Assembly (NCBI GenBank): GCA_040289515.1
Contig: PSLI01000003.1
Span: 1 to 64,000 of the forward strand
Origin: Candidatus Sysuimicrobiota bacterium
Lineage (GTDB): Bacteria; Sysuimicrobiota; Sysuimicrobiia; Sysuimicrobiales; Sysuimicrobiaceae
DNA length: 64,000 nt
Direction: 5' to 3'
The notes below the pieces were generated by a model, which worked only from the letters and a program-made list of their open reading frames with translations, was not told the origin of the DNA and ran no database searches. The position numbers and the translations under genes were made by a program. Shown piece by piece: positions 38,740 through 53,539 of the stretch. The first letter of the stretch is position 1. The number at the start of each line of letters is the position of its first letter.

Positions 38740-39693
38740 TTAGGGGAGGGCCGTGCGCGTGGAGGGGCTGCCCGCGCGGTCCGGGCGCCCGGTTGCCAGG
38801 GTTTCGGCCCCCTCCGTGCGGAACGGGCCCGCTGGGGCGCGGAGCAGCTCGGCAAGGATCTCCAGCCCGCGGACGATGCGGGGGCCGGGCCGGTTGAAGT
38901 AGGCGGTGGCGTTCGTCAGGTACACGCGGCCCGAGCGCACCGCGGGCAGAGTGTCCCACCCCGGCCGGTCCGTGAGCAGGTGGACCTCGCGCCGGGCGCG
39001 CTCCAGGTCGAACCCGCACGGCATAACCACCAGCACCTCCGGCCGGGCTGCGCGCACTGCCTCCCAGCTCACCACGTACGAGGGTTCCCCGGGACGTCCC
39101 AGCACGTCCTGACCTCCTGCCAGCTCCACCATCTCCGGGACCCAGTGCCCGGCGACAAATAGGGGGTCGAGCCACTCCAGGCACACCACCCGCGGCCGCG
39201 GCTGTGGCGGGGGAAGCCGCCTTACGGCCTCGATCCGGGCTTCCAGCTCGGCCACTAGCCGGCTCGCGGCCCCTTCGGCGCCCGTGCGGCACCCCACTTC
39301 CACAACCGTCTGCAGGATGTCGTAAAGCCCCTTGGGCTCCAAAGACACGATGGTGGGATTCCCTTCCAGGACCCGCGCCGCGCGCTGCACCTCGTGGAAC
39401 GAGGGGGCGCACACCGGGCACAGCTCCTGGGTGAGGATGAGATCCGGACCCAGCGCGGCGAGCCTGGCAGCGTCCAGGTGGTACACGCTGGTGCCCCGGT
39501 GCAAAGCCTCACGCACCGCGGCGTTGATGACGTTGCTGGGTGCTTGAGGATCCACCACGGCCTGGCTCAGCACGGGCTTGCCCGCCACCTCCGGCGGCCA
39601 GTCGCAGTCGTGGGAAACCCCCACCAGATGGTCGGCCAGTCCGAGGGCGCACACGATCTCGGTGGCGCTGGGCAGCAGGGAAACGATCCGCAC
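38740..39693 (-). CDS. TroA-like cobalamin/iron-chelate binding protein
   Basis: MRIVSLLPSATEIV, GVSHDCDWP, AGHWVPEMV, YFNRPGPR. Confidence 0.85.
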   Translation of the reverse strand: MRIVSLLPSATEIVCALGLADHLVGVSHDCDWPPEVAGKPVLSQAVVDPQAPSNVINAAVREALHRGTSVYHLDAARLAALGPDLILTQELCPVCAPSFHEVQRAARVLEGNPTIVSLEPKGLYDILQTVVEVGCRTGAEGAASRLVAELEARIEAVRRLPPPQPRPRVVCLEWLDPLFVAGHWVPEMVELAGGQDVLGRPGEPSYVVSWEAVRAARPEVLVVMPCGFDLERARREVHLLTDRPGWDTLPAVRSGRVYLTNATAYFNRPGPRIVRGLEILAELLRAPAGPFRTEGAETLATGRPDRAGSPSTRTALP

Positions 39694-39836
39694 AAGCCCC
39701 TCCGCTCAGGGCCAGGGTACCCTGGGCTGGGGTGGGCTGCAACCGCCACCTTTGCACGGACGGCACCGGGTCGTGCGATCCTTGAACCGGGGGCACCCGA
39801 CGGCCCGTGGGGGGGAAGGCAGCCTGGGAGGCAAAC

Positions 39837-40379
39837 ATGAAGACCGTGGCAACGATGCTGGCGGTGGCGTTGGCGGCGGCCTTTGCGGCGGCGCAGCCGG
39901 CGCGGACGGTGGCGGTGGCGCCGTTCTGGGATTTGAGCACGGACGGGGCCCTCGTGGACGCCGACCGGCTTAACGTGGAGCTTTCCTCCCTGCTGGCGGC
40001 CACCGGGCGGTTCCGCGTCGTCAGCGCCCACCTGGTGGCTCACGCCATGCGTTCGCTGGGCTCCTTTCCCGCTCAGCTGTTCCACCCCGCGCGGGCACGG
40101 GAGGTCCGGGAGGCGGTGGGTGCGGACTGGCTGGTGGTGGGGCGCTGGACCCACCTGGCATCCACCGCGGACGGCGAGTTCGACGCTGGCCTACCCCGCA
40201 GGGGAGGAGGCGGGGCGGTGGCTGTCCTGGACGTGTGGGTGTGGGAGCGGGCAAACCCCCGGCCCCGGTACGAGGCCACCTTCGACGCCTTCCGGCCCGC
40301 GGTTTTGGGCACCCTGAGCTTGAAGGACGCCGCGGAGGAGGTGCTGCGCAAGGCAGCCGCGGCCCTGGGACGCCTGTAG
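39837..40379 (+). CDS. Secreted hypothetical protein (CsgG/TolB-N-like fold possible)
   Basis: RBS GGAGG, signal peptide, TVAVAPF...GRFRVV...GADWLVVG pattern. Confidence 0.6.
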   Translation: MKTVATMLAVALAAAFAAAQPARTVAVAPFWDLSTDGALVDADRLNVELSSLLAATGRFRVVSAHLVAHAMRSLGSFPAQLFHPARAREVREAVGADWLVVGRWTHLASTADGEFDAGLPRRGGGGAVAVLDVWVWERANPRPRYEATFDAFRPAVLGTLSLKDAAEEVLRKAAAALGRL

Positions 40380-40398
40380 GCAGGCCGTGGGGCGGCCC

Positions 40399-40427
40399 TT
40401 TACACAACCGCGTCCGCTCCCTATAAT
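40399..40427 (+). promoter_or_regulatory. sigma70 promoter of secE-nusG
   Basis: TTTACA-17 bp-TATAAT. Confidence 0.75.
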
Positions 40428-40496
40428 CAACCGGGCGCCCAGGTGGGGCGCCGTCTTGTGTTTGAACGCCGTGGAGGAGCGCCACGGAGGGGCCGG

Positions 40497-40766
40497 ATGG
40501 CCCGTATGACCAACCTGATCCGGAAGCCGGACAAGCCCGCGCGGCCCGCAGTACGGGCCCCGGGCCGCCGCGGGCCGTCGTGGGTGGAGCGCGCCGGCCG
40601 TTACCTCCGGGAGGTCCGGGCGGAGCTGAACCGGGTTACGTGGCCCAGCCGCCAGGAGCTCATCGCCAGCACGGTGGTGGTTCTGGTGGTGGTGGGGGTG
40701 ACGGCCGCCTACCTGGGCGTGTGGGACGCCCTGTTCACGTGGCTGTTCCAGCGCGTGTTGCGGTGA
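40497..40766 (+). CDS. secE: Preprotein translocase SecE
   Basis: YLREVRAELNRVTWPSRQE followed by a TM. Confidence 0.95.
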   Translation: MARMTNLIRKPDKPARPAVRAPGRRGPSWVERAGRYLREVRAELNRVTWPSRQELIASTVVVLVVVGVTAAYLGVWDALFTWLFQRVLR

Positions 40767-41362
40767 TGGAGGCAGAACGCGAGACTCCCAGGGCTGAGGG
40801 AGCCGCCGAGGGTGCGGTGGACACCGCGCCCCGGGATCCGCGTCGGCGGTGGTACGTGATCCACACGTACTCCGGCTACGAGAACAAGGTGAAGACCAAC
40901 CTGGAGAAGCGGGTCCAGTCCATGGGGATGCAGGAAAAGATCTTCCAGGTGCTGATCCCCACGGAGGACGAGATTGAGATCAAGGAAGGCAAGCGCCGGA
41001 TCGCCAAGAAGAGGATCTACCCCGGTTACGTGCTGGTGGAGATGATCCTGGATGACGACTCCTGGTACGTGGTCCGCAACACCCCCGGGGTCACCGGCTT
41101 CGTGGGTGCCGGGAACCGGCCCATCCCCCTGGAGGAGGAGGAGGTGCGGGCCATCCTGGGTCAGGTGAAGGACGAGACCCCGAAGCTCCGGATCCATTAC
41201 CACAAGGGGGACACGGTGCGCATCACCTCCGGCCCCTTCCAGGAGTTCACAGGGGTGGTGGACGAGATCCTGCCGGAGAAGGAGAAGGTGCGGGTGCTGG
41301 TGTCCATCTTCGGCCGGGAGACCCCCGTGGAGCTGGACTTCACGCAGGTGGAACGAGCCTGA
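40766..41362 (+). CDS. nusG: Transcription factor NusG
   Basis: [30 protein letters not shown]. Confidence 0.98.
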   Translation: MEAERETPRAEGAAEGAVDTAPRDPRRRWYVIHTYSGYENKVKTNLEKRVQSMGMQEKIFQVLIPTEDEIEIKEGKRRIAKKRIYPGYVLVEMILDDDSWYVVRNTPGVTGFVGAGNRPIPLEEEEVRAILGQVKDETPKLRIHYHKGDTVRITSGPFQEFTGVVDEILPEKEKVRVLVSIFGRETPVELDFTQVERA

Positions 41363-41382
41363 CGTCTGCGAGGAGAGCGTGC

Positions 41383-41805
41383 ATGAAGAAGGTCGTGGCG
41401 CAGGTGAAGCTGCAGATCCCCGCGGGCAAGGCCACGCCGGCCCCACCGGTGGGCACCGCCCTGGGCCCGCACGGGATCAACATCATGGAGTTCTGCAAGG
41501 CGTACAACGAGCGTACGGCCTCGCAGGTGGGCATGATCGTGCCGGTGGAGATCACCATCTACTCGGACCGCAGCTTCACCTTCGTCACCAAGACCCCGCC
41601 CGCCTCGGTCCTCCTCAAGAAGGCGGCGGGGCTGGAGGTGGGCTCCCCGGAGCCCAACAAGAAGAAGGTCGGGCGGGTGACCCGCAAGCAGGTGGAGGAG
41701 ATCGCCCGCCTGAAGATGCCCGACCTCAACACCAAGTCCCTGGAGTCGGCGGTGCGCATGATCGAGGGCACCGCCCGCAGTATGGGGATCGAGGTGGTGG
41801 GTTAG
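41383..41805 (+). CDS. rplK: 50S ribosomal protein L11
   Basis: [15 protein letters not shown]. Confidence 0.98.
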   Translation: MKKVVAQVKLQIPAGKATPAPPVGTALGPHGINIMEFCKAYNERTASQVGMIVPVEITIYSDRSFTFVTKTPPASVLLKKAAGLEVGSPEPNKKKVGRVTRKQVEEIARLKMPDLNTKSLESAVRMIEGTARSMGIEVVG

Positions 41806-41814
41806 GAGGAGCGC

Positions 41815-42534
41815 ATGGCGCGGCGAGGCAAGCGGTACGAGGACGCGCGGAAGCTGGTGGACCGCACGCGGCTGTATGATCCGCAGGAGGCCGTGCGGCT
41901 GGTGAAGACCGTGGCGCGGGCCAAGTTCGACGAGACGGTGGAGGCGGCGGTACGGCTGGCGGTGGACCCCAAGCACGCGGACCAGGTCGTGCGGGGGACC
42001 GTGGTGTTGCCCCACGGGACCGGGCGTTCGGTGCGGGTGCTGGTGTTCGCCAAGGGAGAGAAGGCGAAGGAGGCGGAGGCCGCGGGCGCGAACTACGTGG
42101 GTGCGGAGGACCTGATCCAGCGGATCCAGCAGGAGGGGTGGACGGAGTTCGACGTGGCCGTGGCCACCCCGGACCTCATGGGTCAGGTGGGACGCCTGGG
42201 CCGCATTCTGGGCCCGCGGGGGCTGATGCCCAACCCAAAGGCCGGCACGGTGACCTTCGACGTGGGCCGGGCGGTGAAGGAGATTAAGGCGGGCAAGATT
42301 GAGTTCCGGGTGGACAAGGCCGGGATCGTGCACGCACCCATTGGGAAGGCTTCTTTCTCCGAGGAGGCGCTGCTGGAGAACTTCGCGGCCTTGCTGGACG
42401 CGGTGGTACGGGCCCGCCCCGCAGCGGTCAAGGGCCAGTATATCCGGTCCATCGCCCTGAGCCCCACCATGGGCCCCTCGGTGCGGGTGGACCCGGCCCG
42501 GGCCGTGGCCCTGGCGGCGGGCCGGGCTGCGTGA
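41815..42534 (+). CDS. rplA: 50S ribosomal protein L1
   Basis: [22 protein letters not shown]. Confidence 0.98.
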   Translation: MARRGKRYEDARKLVDRTRLYDPQEAVRLVKTVARAKFDETVEAAVRLAVDPKHADQVVRGTVVLPHGTGRSVRVLVFAKGEKAKEAEAAGANYVGAEDLIQRIQQEGWTEFDVAVATPDLMGQVGRLGRILGPRGLMPNPKAGTVTFDVGRAVKEIKAGKIEFRVDKAGIVHAPIGKASFSEEALLENFAALLDAVVRARPAAVKGQYIRSIALSPTMGPSVRVDPARAVALAAGRAA

Positions 42535-42543
42535 GTGGGGCTG

Positions 42544-42573
42544 TTGACCCGGCAGGGGTGGGACTGGTAGCAT
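42544..42573 (+). promoter_or_regulatory. sigma70 promoter of rplJL
   Basis: TTGACC-18 bp-TAGCAT with an extended -10 TG. Confidence 0.55.
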
Positions 42574-42594
42574 AGCGGCCGTCGACAACCCAGC

Positions 42595-42720
42595 GAGCCG
42601 TCCGCAGAAGGCAGGTCCCAACCGGGGTAAAGGCCACCCGGGCCGCCTGCCGAGGACGTCCGGCTCACCCGAACCGGTGGGTCCCCGGCGCTCCATCTGC
42701 GGGGCGCCGCTCGTTTTCGT
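42595..42720 (+). promoter_or_regulatory. L10 leader (ribosomal protein autoregulatory RNA)
   Basis: CCGCAGAAGGCAGG...TAAA...CCTGCCGAGG pattern upstream of rplJ. Confidence 0.75.
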
Positions 42721-42755
42721 AGGTCTGCGTAGCCTGTAACCGGCGGGAGCAGGAG

Positions 42756-43277
42756 ATGGCGAAGCCCGAGAAGGTGGAGGAGGTCAAGCGGCTGAAGGAT
42801 CGGCTGAGCCGGGCCCGCGCCGTGGTCCTGACCGACTTCCGGGGGCTGAGCGTGCCCGAAATGGAGGCCTTGCGCCAGGCTCTCCGAAAGGAAGGGGCGG
42901 AGTACCGGGTGGTCAAGAATACCCTGCTTGGTATCGCGGCCTCGGAGCTGGGGCTGCAGGGGTTGGAACCCTTCCTGGAAGGGCCCACGGCGATCGCGGT
43001 GGGCTACGACGACCCCACCACGCCTGCGCGGGTGGTCCACGAGTTCATCCGGCAGTACCGGAAGCTGGAGGTCAAGGGAGGTCTGGCGGAAGGCAGGGTC
43101 CTGGACCCCGCGGGCGTGCGGGCTCTGGCGGAGCTGCCCGGCCGGGACCAGCTGGTGGCCAAGCTGATGGGCGGGCTGCAGGGCCCCCTGTACGGACTAC
43201 TGGGTGTGCTGACCGCACTGCAGCGCAAGCTGGTGTACGCCCTCGACCAGGTACGGCAGAAGCGCGAGGGTTCATAA
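42756..43277 (+). CDS. rplJ: 50S ribosomal protein L10
   Basis: DFRGLSV, VVKNTL, LEGPTA. Confidence 0.97.
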   Translation: MAKPEKVEEVKRLKDRLSRARAVVLTDFRGLSVPEMEALRQALRKEGAEYRVVKNTLLGIAASELGLQGLEPFLEGPTAIAVGYDDPTTPARVVHEFIRQYRKLEVKGGLAEGRVLDPAGVRALAELPGRDQLVAKLMGGLQGPLYGLLGVLTALQRKLVYALDQVRQKREGS

Positions 43278-43309
43278 GGCTGGTGCGAAAAGCGGAGGAG
43301 GGAGGGAAG

Positions 43310-43696
43310 ATGGCGAAACTCAGCACCGCGGAGATCGTGGAGGCCATCGGGAACCTGACGGTCCTGGAGCTGGCCGAGCTGGTGAAGGCCCTGGAGGAGA
43401 AGTTCGGGGTCACGGCCGCCGCCCCCGTGGCGGTGGCCGCGGCCCCGGCCGCAGCAGCCCCTGCTGCCCCGGTGGAGGAGGAGCAGACGGAGTTCGACGT
43501 GATCCTCAAGGCGGTAGGCCCCAACAAGATCCAAGTGATCAAGGTGGTGCGGGAGCTAACGGGCCTCGGCCTGAAGGAGGCCAAGGACCTGGTGGACGGG
43601 GCTCCCAAGCCGGTGAAGGAGAAGGTGTCCAAGCAGGAGGCTGAGAGCGTCAAGGCGAAGCTGCGGGAAGTGGGAGCGGAGGTGGAGGTCAAGTAG
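43310..43696 (+). CDS. rplL: 50S ribosomal protein L7/L12
   Basis: [21 protein letters not shown]. Confidence 0.98.
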   Translation: MAKLSTAEIVEAIGNLTVLELAELVKALEEKFGVTAAAPVAVAAAPAAAAPAAPVEEEQTEFDVILKAVGPNKIQVIKVVRELTGLGLKEAKDLVDGAPKPVKEKVSKQEAESVKAKLREVGAEVEVK

Positions 43697-43737
43697 GCCC
43701 GGGGGTCCCCGCGGGCCCGGTTCCAGGTGGCACCCGG

Positions 43738-43767
43738 TTGACGGGGGCCGCCGTGGTATGTTATTCT
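43738..43767 (+). promoter_or_regulatory. sigma70 promoter of rpoBC
   Basis: TTGACG-18 bp-TATTCT with an extended TG. Confidence 0.6.
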
Positions 43768-44072
43768 GTCCTGCGATTTGCGGCTACCGGGACGAGCACA
43801 CGATCGAGTGTTTCCCCTGCGCCGGGCGTGCGTGGTCCGTTCGGTCCAACCAGGTGCATGGATTTGGTTGGCGGGAGGTTCGCAGGCCCGTGGAGGCCTG
43901 CGCTTCCCGCCCTTCTTGTCCTGCGGGCCCGGTGCGGGGGCGGGAGGTGCGGGTTTAGCTGGCCACCGCCCCTGGGGCGCGGCGGGGCCGGTGCGCCGGG
44001 TTTAATCCGTCCCCGCGTTAGGCTTCCAGTCCGAAGACGGTGCGACACGTGCCACGGGAGACCGCTGAAAAA

Positions 44073-47000
44073 ATGGGGGTGACCGCCACGAAAGCGCCCG
44101 CCGAGCTCACCAAGAGTTTCGCCCTGGGCCCGTTCTCCTTCGAGCGGGCCCCCCGCCTGGGTTTGGGCCGCGTGGTCAAGCGCGGCCGGCGGGAGCGGGT
44201 CAGCTTCGGGAGGCTGCCGGACATCCTGGAGCTGCCCGACCTGGTGGAGGTGCAGCGGAAGTCCTTCCGGTGGTTCGTGGAGGAGGGGATCCGAGAGGTT
44301 TTTGAGGAGATCTCCCCCATCCAGGACTTCACGGGCAACCTGGAGCTGTACTTCGGGGTCCCGGACGAGCGCAAGCGCCGCAAGACACCCGAGGGGGTGG
44401 ACCTGTTCCACTTCACGGAGGGGGTGCTGGACTTCGGGGGTTACTACCTGGAAGCCCCCAAGTACACGCCTGAGGAGTGCCGGGAGCGGGACGCCAACTA
44501 CAGCGCGCCGTTGAAGGTGCGGGTCCGGCTGGTCCTCAAGGATACGGGCGAAATCAAGGAGCAGGACGTGTTCATGGGGGACCTGCCCCTGATGACCCGC
44601 AACGGGACGTTCATCATCAACGGGGCGGAGCGGGTAGTCGTCAGCCAGCTGGTTCGCTCCGCAGGGGTATACTACAGCTACCTTACGGACAGCAGCGGCC
44701 GCCGGTTCCCCGCGGCCACCGTGATTCCTACCCGGGGAGCGTGGCTGGAGTTCGAGATGGACGCCACCGGCGGGGTGTACGTGCGCATCGACCGTACGCG
44801 GAAACTACCCGCCACGGTGCTTCTGCGGGCGGTGGGGTACGAGAGTGACGAGGTCCTGCGGAAGCTGTACGAGGCAGACCGGGCCATCGAGGCCACCCTG
44901 GACAAAGACCCCAGCCGGGACCGCAACACGGCCCTGATGGAGATCTACCGGCGGCTGCGGCCCGGGGACCCGCCCAACGTGGAGTCCGCCACGGCCCTGC
45001 TGCACACCCTGTTCTTCGACCCCCGCCGGTACGATCTCGGCAAGGTGGGCCGGTACAAGCTGAACAAGAAGCTGAACCTGGACCTGCCCCTGAGCCAGCG
45101 GACCCTGACGCCGGAGGACATCGCGCAGATCGTCCGGTACCTGATCGCTCTCAACAACGGGGAGGGGCAGGAGGACGACATCGACCATTTGGGCAACCGC
45201 CGGGTGCGGGCGGTGGGGGAGCTGCTGCAGAACCAGTTCCGGATCGGGATGCTGCGCATGGAGCGGGTCATCCGGGAGCGGATGACCATCCAGGAAACGG
45301 AGCAGGCGACCCCGCAGGTGCTCATCAACATCCGGCCGGTGACCGCGGCCATCAAGGAGTTCTTCGGGTCCAGCCAGCTGTCGCAATTCATGGACCAGAC
45401 CAACCCCCTGTCGGAGCTGCGGCACAAGCGGCGGCTCAGCGCCCTGGGCCCGGGCGGGTTGAGCCGGGAGCGGGCGGGGTTTGAGGTGCGGGACGTGCAC
45501 CCGTCCCACTACGGCCGCATGTGCCCCATCGAGACCCCGGAGGGGCCCAACATCGGGCTGATCTCCTCCCTGGCCACCTACGCCCGGGTGAACGACCTGG
45601 GGTTCATCGAGACGCCGTACCGCCGGGTGCGCAACGGCCGGGTGACCCGGGAGATCGTGTACCTGACCGCGGACGACGAGGAGAGGTACACCATCGCGCA
45701 GGCCAACGTGCAGACGGACGAGCACGGGATGCTTCCGGAGCGGGTGGTGGCGCGGCAGGCGGGCGGCCACCCGGTGGTGGTGCCGCGGGAGCAGGTGGAC
45801 TTCATGGACGTTTCCCCCAAGCAGATCGTCTCCGTGACCACGGCCCTCATCCCGTTCCTGGAGCACGACGACGGCACCCGGGCCCTAATGGGCTCCAACA
45901 TGCAGACCCAGGCGGTACCCCTGATCCGGCCGGAGGCACCTCTGGTGGGCACGGGGGTGGAGCACCGGGTGGCGGTGGACTCCGGGGCAGTGGTGCTGGC
46001 GGAGGAGGACGGGGTGGTGGAGTCGGTGACCGCGGACGAGATCATGGTCCGCGGGCAGCGGCGCATCACCTACAAGCTCACCAAGTTCCGCCGGAGCAAC
46101 CAGGGCACGTGTATCAACCAGCGGCCCGTAGTGCGCAGCGGCCAGGAGGTGAGGAAGGGGCAGGTGCTGGCGGACGGGCCTTCCACAGAGGGCGGGGAAC
46201 TGGCTTTGGGCCACAACGTGCTGGTGGCCTTCATGCCGTGGGAGGGCTACAACTACGAGGACGCCATCCTCATCAGCGAGCGGCTGGTGCGGGAGGACCT
46301 GTTCACCAGCATCCACATCGAGGGGTACGAGGTGGAGGCCCGGGACACCAAGCTGGGCCCGGAGGAGATCACCCGGGACATCCCCAACGTTTCGGAGGAC
46401 GCCCTGCGGGACCTTGACGAGCGGGGCATCGTGCGGATCGGGGCGGAGGTGCGGGCGGGGGACATCCTGGTGGGCAAGGTCACCCCCAAGGGGGAGACGG
46501 AGCTCACCGCGGAGGAGCGCCTGCTGCGGGCCATCTTCGGAGAGAAGGCCCGGGAGGTGCGGGACACGTCCTTGAAGGTCCCCCACGGGGAGAAGGGCAC
46601 CGTGGTGGGCGTGAAGGTGTTCAGCCGGGAGCAGGGCGATGAGCTGCCTCCCGGCGTGAACCAGATGGTGCGGGTGTACGTGGCCCAGAAGCGCAAGGTC
46701 ACCGTGGGGGACAAGATGGCGGGCCGCCACGGCAACAAGGGGGTGATCAGCAAGATCGTCCCCGTGGAGGACATGCCGTACCTGCCGGACGGCACGCCCG
46801 TGGACATCGTCCTGAACCCCCTGGGGGTGCCCAGCCGGATGAACGTGGGGCAGGTGCTGGAGACCACCCTGGGGTGGGCGTGCGCGCAGCTGGGATTTTA
46901 TGCGGAGGTCCCGGTGTTCGACGGTGCCCGGGAGTCGGAGATTGAGGCCCTGCTGGCTCGGGCCGGGCTGCCCCCGGACGGCAAGATCACCCTGTACGAC

Positions 47001-47495
47001 GGCCGCACGGGGCTGCCCTTCGACCAGCCCGTGGTGGTGGGCCAGATCTACATGATGAAGCTGCTGCACCTGGTGGAGGACAAGATCCACGCCCGGAGCA
47101 CGGGGCCCTACAGTCTCATCACCCAGCAGCCCCTGGGCGGCAAGGCCCAGTTCGGCGGGCAGCGGTTCGGGGAGATGGAGGTGTGGGCCCTGGAGGCGTA
47201 CGGGGCCGCCAGCACCCTTCAGGAGCTCCTTACGGTGAAAAGCGACGACGTGGTGGGCCGGGTGAAGACCTACGAGGCCATCGTGAAGGGCGAGAACATC
47301 CAGGAACCCGGGGTGCCGGAGTCCTTCAAGGTGCTGGTGAAGGAGCTGCAGGCCCTGTGCCTGGACGTGAAGGTCCTCAGCGCGGATCACCGGGAGATCG
47401 AGCTGCGGGAGATCGAGGAGGACGTGGTGGAGGCGCAGCGCGCTCTGGGCATCAACCTGGAGGGCGAGGAAGCCCTCCTGGAGGAGCCCCTGTAA
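44073..47495 (+). CDS. rpoB: RNA polymerase beta subunit
   Basis: [29 protein letters not shown]; start approximate. Confidence 0.98.
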   Translation: MGVTATKAPAELTKSFALGPFSFERAPRLGLGRVVKRGRRERVSFGRLPDILELPDLVEVQRKSFRWFVEEGIREVFEEISPIQDFTGNLELYFGVPDERKRRKTPEGVDLFHFTEGVLDFGGYYLEAPKYTPEECRERDANYSAPLKVRVRLVLKDTGEIKEQDVFMGDLPLMTRNGTFIINGAERVVVSQLVRSAGVYYSYLTDSSGRRFPAATVIPTRGAWLEFEMDATGGVYVRIDRTRKLPATVLLRAVGYESDEVLRKLYEADRAIEATLDKDPSRDRNTALMEIYRRLRPGDPPNVESATALLHTLFFDPRRYDLGKVGRYKLNKKLNLDLPLSQRTLTPEDIAQIVRYLIALNNGEGQEDDIDHLGNRRVRAVGELLQNQFRIGMLRMERVIRERMTIQETEQATPQVLINIRPVTAAIKEFFGSSQLSQFMDQTNPLSELRHKRRLSALGPGGLSRERAGFEVRDVHPSHYGRMCPIETPEGPNIGLISSLATYARVNDLGFIETPYRRVRNGRVTREIVYLTADDEERYTIAQANVQTDEHGMLPERVVARQAGGHPVVVPREQVDFMDVSPKQIVSVTTALIPFLEHDDGTRALMGSNMQTQAVPLIRPEAPLVGTGVEHRVAVDSGAVVLAEEDGVVESVTADEIMVRGQRRITYKLTKFRRSNQGTCINQRPVVRSGQEVRKGQVLADGPSTEGGELALGHNVLVAFMPWEGYNYEDAILISERLVREDLFTSIHIEGYEVEARDTKLGPEEITRDIPNVSEDALRDLDERGIVRIGAEVRAGDILVGKVTPKGETELTAEERLLRAIFGEKAREVRDTSLKVPHGEKGTVVGVKVFSREQGDELPPGVNQMVRVYVAQKRKVTVGDKMAGRHGNKGVISKIVPVEDMPYLPDGTPVDIVLNPLGVPSRMNVGQVLETTLGWACAQLGFYAEVPVFDGARESEIEALLARAGLPPDGKITLYDGRTGLPFDQPVVVGQIYMMKLLHLVEDKIHARSTGPYSLITQQPLGGKAQFGGQRFGEMEVWALEAYGAASTLQELLTVKSDDVVGRVKTYEAIVKGENIQEPGVPESFKVLVKELQALCLDVKVLSADHREIELREIEEDVVEAQRALGINLEGEEALLEEPL

Positions 47496-47513
47496 GGGCG
47501 CGGGGAGGAGCCC

Positions 47514-50951
<3,438 letters not shown>

Positions 50952-50971
50952 AGCTCGCCGGCGCGGAGCGG

Positions 50972-51733
50972 TTGCTGGAGTCCGCCTCCCTCAGCTGGCG
51001 CAACTGGCAGTGGAACCCGCCCCTGGTGGCAGCCCTGGCCGCCTGCGCGGTTCTGTACCATCTGCACCCCCGGGTGCGAGCCAACCCGCGCCAGCGGCTG
51101 TTCTTCTGGGCCGGCATGTTGGCGCTTGTTGTCGCTTTGTGCTCTCCTCTGGAGGCGGGGGCGCGCTTGCTTCTGTGGCTCCATATGGTCCAGCACCTGC
51201 TCCTGATGCTGGTGGCCGCACCTTTGCTGGCGGCCTCCCTCCCCGCTCCCCTGCTGGGCTGGCTCACCCGCAGACCCGTGGTGGGCGGGGTGCTGTGGTG
51301 GCTGTGGAACCCGTGGGTGGCCACGGCGCTGTACAACGGGGCGGTGCTGGCCTGGCACCTGCCCACCCTGTACGCGTGGGTGCTGCGCTGGGAGCCCGCC
51401 CACGCCCTCCAGCACCTGAGCTTTCTGGGCACCGGGGTGGTGTTCTGGAGTGTGCTCCTGAGCCCCGCGCCCCGCAACCCCACCCCAGGGCAGCGGCTGG
51501 TGATCGTGGGCACGAGCGCCGTGGCGCAGTTCCTGCCCGGCTTCGTTCTGGCGGTAGCGGACCGGGTGCTGTACGCGCCGTACCTGGAGACCCCGCGCCT
51601 GTGGGGCTGGTCGCCCCTCGATGACCAGCGGTGGGCCGGGGTGATGATGTGGGTGAGCATGAATTTGGCCTACGCCGCCGCCGCCCTTTGGGTGGCCACG
51701 CGCTGGCTGCGCTCGGACCGGGCGGACCGGTAA
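50972..51733 (+). CDS. ctaG: Cytochrome c oxidase assembly factor (caa3 CtaG family)
   Basis: HMVQHLLLM..APLL, WHLP, HALQH, DQRWAGVMMW; start uncertain (CTG50948 overlapping the rpoC stop is possible). Confidence 0.85.
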   Translation: MLESASLSWRNWQWNPPLVAALAACAVLYHLHPRVRANPRQRLFFWAGMLALVVALCSPLEAGARLLLWLHMVQHLLLMLVAAPLLAASLPAPLLGWLTRRPVVGGVLWWLWNPWVATALYNGAVLAWHLPTLYAWVLRWEPAHALQHLSFLGTGVVFWSVLLSPAPRNPTPGQRLVIVGTSAVAQFLPGFVLAVADRVLYAPYLETPRLWGWSPLDDQRWAGVMMWVSMNLAYAAAALWVATRWLRSDRADR

Positions 51734-51737
51734 AAGC

Positions 51738-52028
51738 TCAGAAGATCTGGCTGTCCAGCACCAACGCTACGAGCAGGGCCACCAGGAGCACCGCGATGGG
51801 CACGCTGAACAGGGTGGCCATCACGGGCCGCTCCCACCGCAGGTGCATGAAGTACGCCATGATGAGGGCGGCCTTGCCCAGAGCCAGGATCACCAGCCCA
51901 AAGATGAGCAGACCCCGGGGCAGGTGCAGGAGGGTGATGCCCACCTCCACGACGGTGATCACCAGCAGCCAGAACCACGTGACCCCGTAAATGCCGTACC
52001 CGTGCTGCGCGTGTTCCCGGTCCGACAC
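51738..52028 (-). CDS. ctaF: Cytochrome c oxidase subunit IV
   Basis: Three TMs; KAALIMAYFMHLRWE. Confidence 0.9.
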   Translation of the reverse strand: MSDREHAQHGYGIYGVTWFWLLVITVVEVGITLLHLPRGLLIFGLVILALGKAALIMAYFMHLRWERPVMATLFSVPIAVLLVALLVALVLDSQIF

Positions 52029-52037
52029 GTCTGCCTC

Positions 52038-52928
52038 CTAGTGCGCGGCTCCCGCCACCACCGCGGGCGGGACCAGGTACATGAGGGTGAAGATGAACAC
52101 CCACACCAGGTCTACGAAGTGCCAGTACAGCCCTACGTTCTCCACCCGCTCCGCGCGGGTCTGGGCGTCCACGGGAGGAGGCGGCGGGGGGACCTCCTCC
52201 ACCACCTCCACCGCGTCCGCGGGCAGCATGGCCGCGTTGTTGGCCGCCTTGCCAGGCAGCAGCACCACCACCCGCCCGATGCGGGGGTGTGTTTTCTCCA
52301 CCACTGTCTCCGGCTGGTCCGGCAGGGCCAGGACCCGCACCCGGCAGCCGGGGTACAGGAGCCGGCCGCCGCGGTCGCGGAGGGGCCGCTGCCAGTCTTC
52401 CAGAGCGCGGCGCTCCCGGCGGGCCTTGAAGAACACCGCCATGAGGTAAAAAACTCCGCTGGTGACGTGGCCGCCGTGGAACCCCGTGATGATAAAGAAG
52501 CTGGCGCTGAAGTTGGGCACGCCCCACGGGTTGGTGTGCAGGCGGGCACCCTCCTGGAGAAAGTGGGTCCACTCGTACGTCTGCATGCCCAGAAAGGTGA
52601 GGCCCCCCAACACGGTGAGGAGGAGGAACCACTCCACCAGGAGGTGGTCGCCCCGCTTGGCCGCGTTCACCGCCACCGCCATGGTGGCGCTGCTGCAGAT
52701 GAGGATGAAGGTCATGGCGCTCACCAGGCCGATGTTGAAGATCCCCAGGGGGTTGGGCCACGCGGCCGCGGTCATGCGGGCCGCCCCGTACGCGCTGAGC
52801 AACCCCCCGAAGGTGAACGCGTCGGAGAGCAGGAAGATCCACATCATAAACTTCCCCCAGCTCATGCCAAAGGGGGACACGCCTCCACCCCACACGCTGA
52901 CCTTCTCTTCCACCACCGCCTGCACCAT
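52038..52928 (-). CDS. ctaE: Cytochrome c oxidase subunit III with a soluble insertion
   Basis: [31 protein letters not shown]. Confidence 0.9.
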   Translation of the reverse strand: MVQAVVEEKVSVWGGGVSPFGMSWGKFMMWIFLLSDAFTFGGLLSAYGAARMTAAAWPNPLGIFNIGLVSAMTFILICSSATMAVAVNAAKRGDHLLVEWFLLLTVLGGLTFLGMQTYEWTHFLQEGARLHTNPWGVPNFSASFFIITGFHGGHVTSGVFYLMAVFFKARRERRALEDWQRPLRDRGGRLLYPGCRVRVLALPDQPETVVEKTHPRIGRVVVLLPGKAANNAAMLPADAVEVVEEVPPPPPPVDAQTRAERVENVGLYWHFVDLVWVFIFTLMYLVPPAVVAGAAH

Positions 52929-52939
52929 GCTCCGACCTC

Positions 52940-53536
52940 CTACGGGTTAAACAGCACCGCGAACAGCCACACCCACACAGCCGTCAGGAAGTGCCAGTAC
53001 ACCGCCAGGATGGACACGGGGGCCAGGCTCGCCCGCCGGGCCACCACGGCCCACCCAGCCAACCCGCCCAGCGCATGCACGAGGTGAGCCCCCGAGAGTA
53101 CGTAGAAGTAAGACGCGCCAGGACTTGCAGCCAGTCCGACCCCGGAGGAGGCCAACCACCTCCACGCGCTCACCTGGCACGCGAGGAACAGGCCTGCGCT
53201 GAGCGCACCCCAGCGCAGGCACGCCCGCCCGCGGGCCCAGCCGCCCCGAGCCAGAGCCCTCCGGGAGGCCTCCAGGAGCACGCTGCTAACCAGCAGGGCT
53301 GCAGTTCCCGGCCACAGCACCGCGGGCCTCGGCACCGGGGTCCAGCCCGCAGAGGCCATCCGGCTCAGCAGGGCCGAGGTGAGCCCTAGGAAAAACATGC
53401 CCACCGCCACCACCGCCAGCCAGACGAACACGCGGCCCGCATCCGGCAGGCCCTGCGGGCCGCGACCACCAGGGGACCTTCCGGGGAGCCCCTGCGGCGG
53501 CCGGGGAGGAGCGGGGCGTTCCAGGGTAACGGCCAT
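52940..53536 (-). CDS. Second cytochrome c oxidase subunit III-like protein
   Basis: [25 protein letters not shown]. Confidence 0.85.
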   Translation of the reverse strand: MAVTLERPAPPRPPQGLPGRSPGGRGPQGLPDAGRVFVWLAVVAVGMFFLGLTSALLSRMASAGWTPVPRPAVLWPGTAALLVSSVLLEASRRALARGGWARGRACLRWGALSAGLFLACQVSAWRWLASSGVGLAASPGASYFYVLSGAHLVHALGGLAGWAVVARRASLAPVSILAVYWHFLTAVWVWLFAVLFNP

Positions 53537-53539
53537 GGC

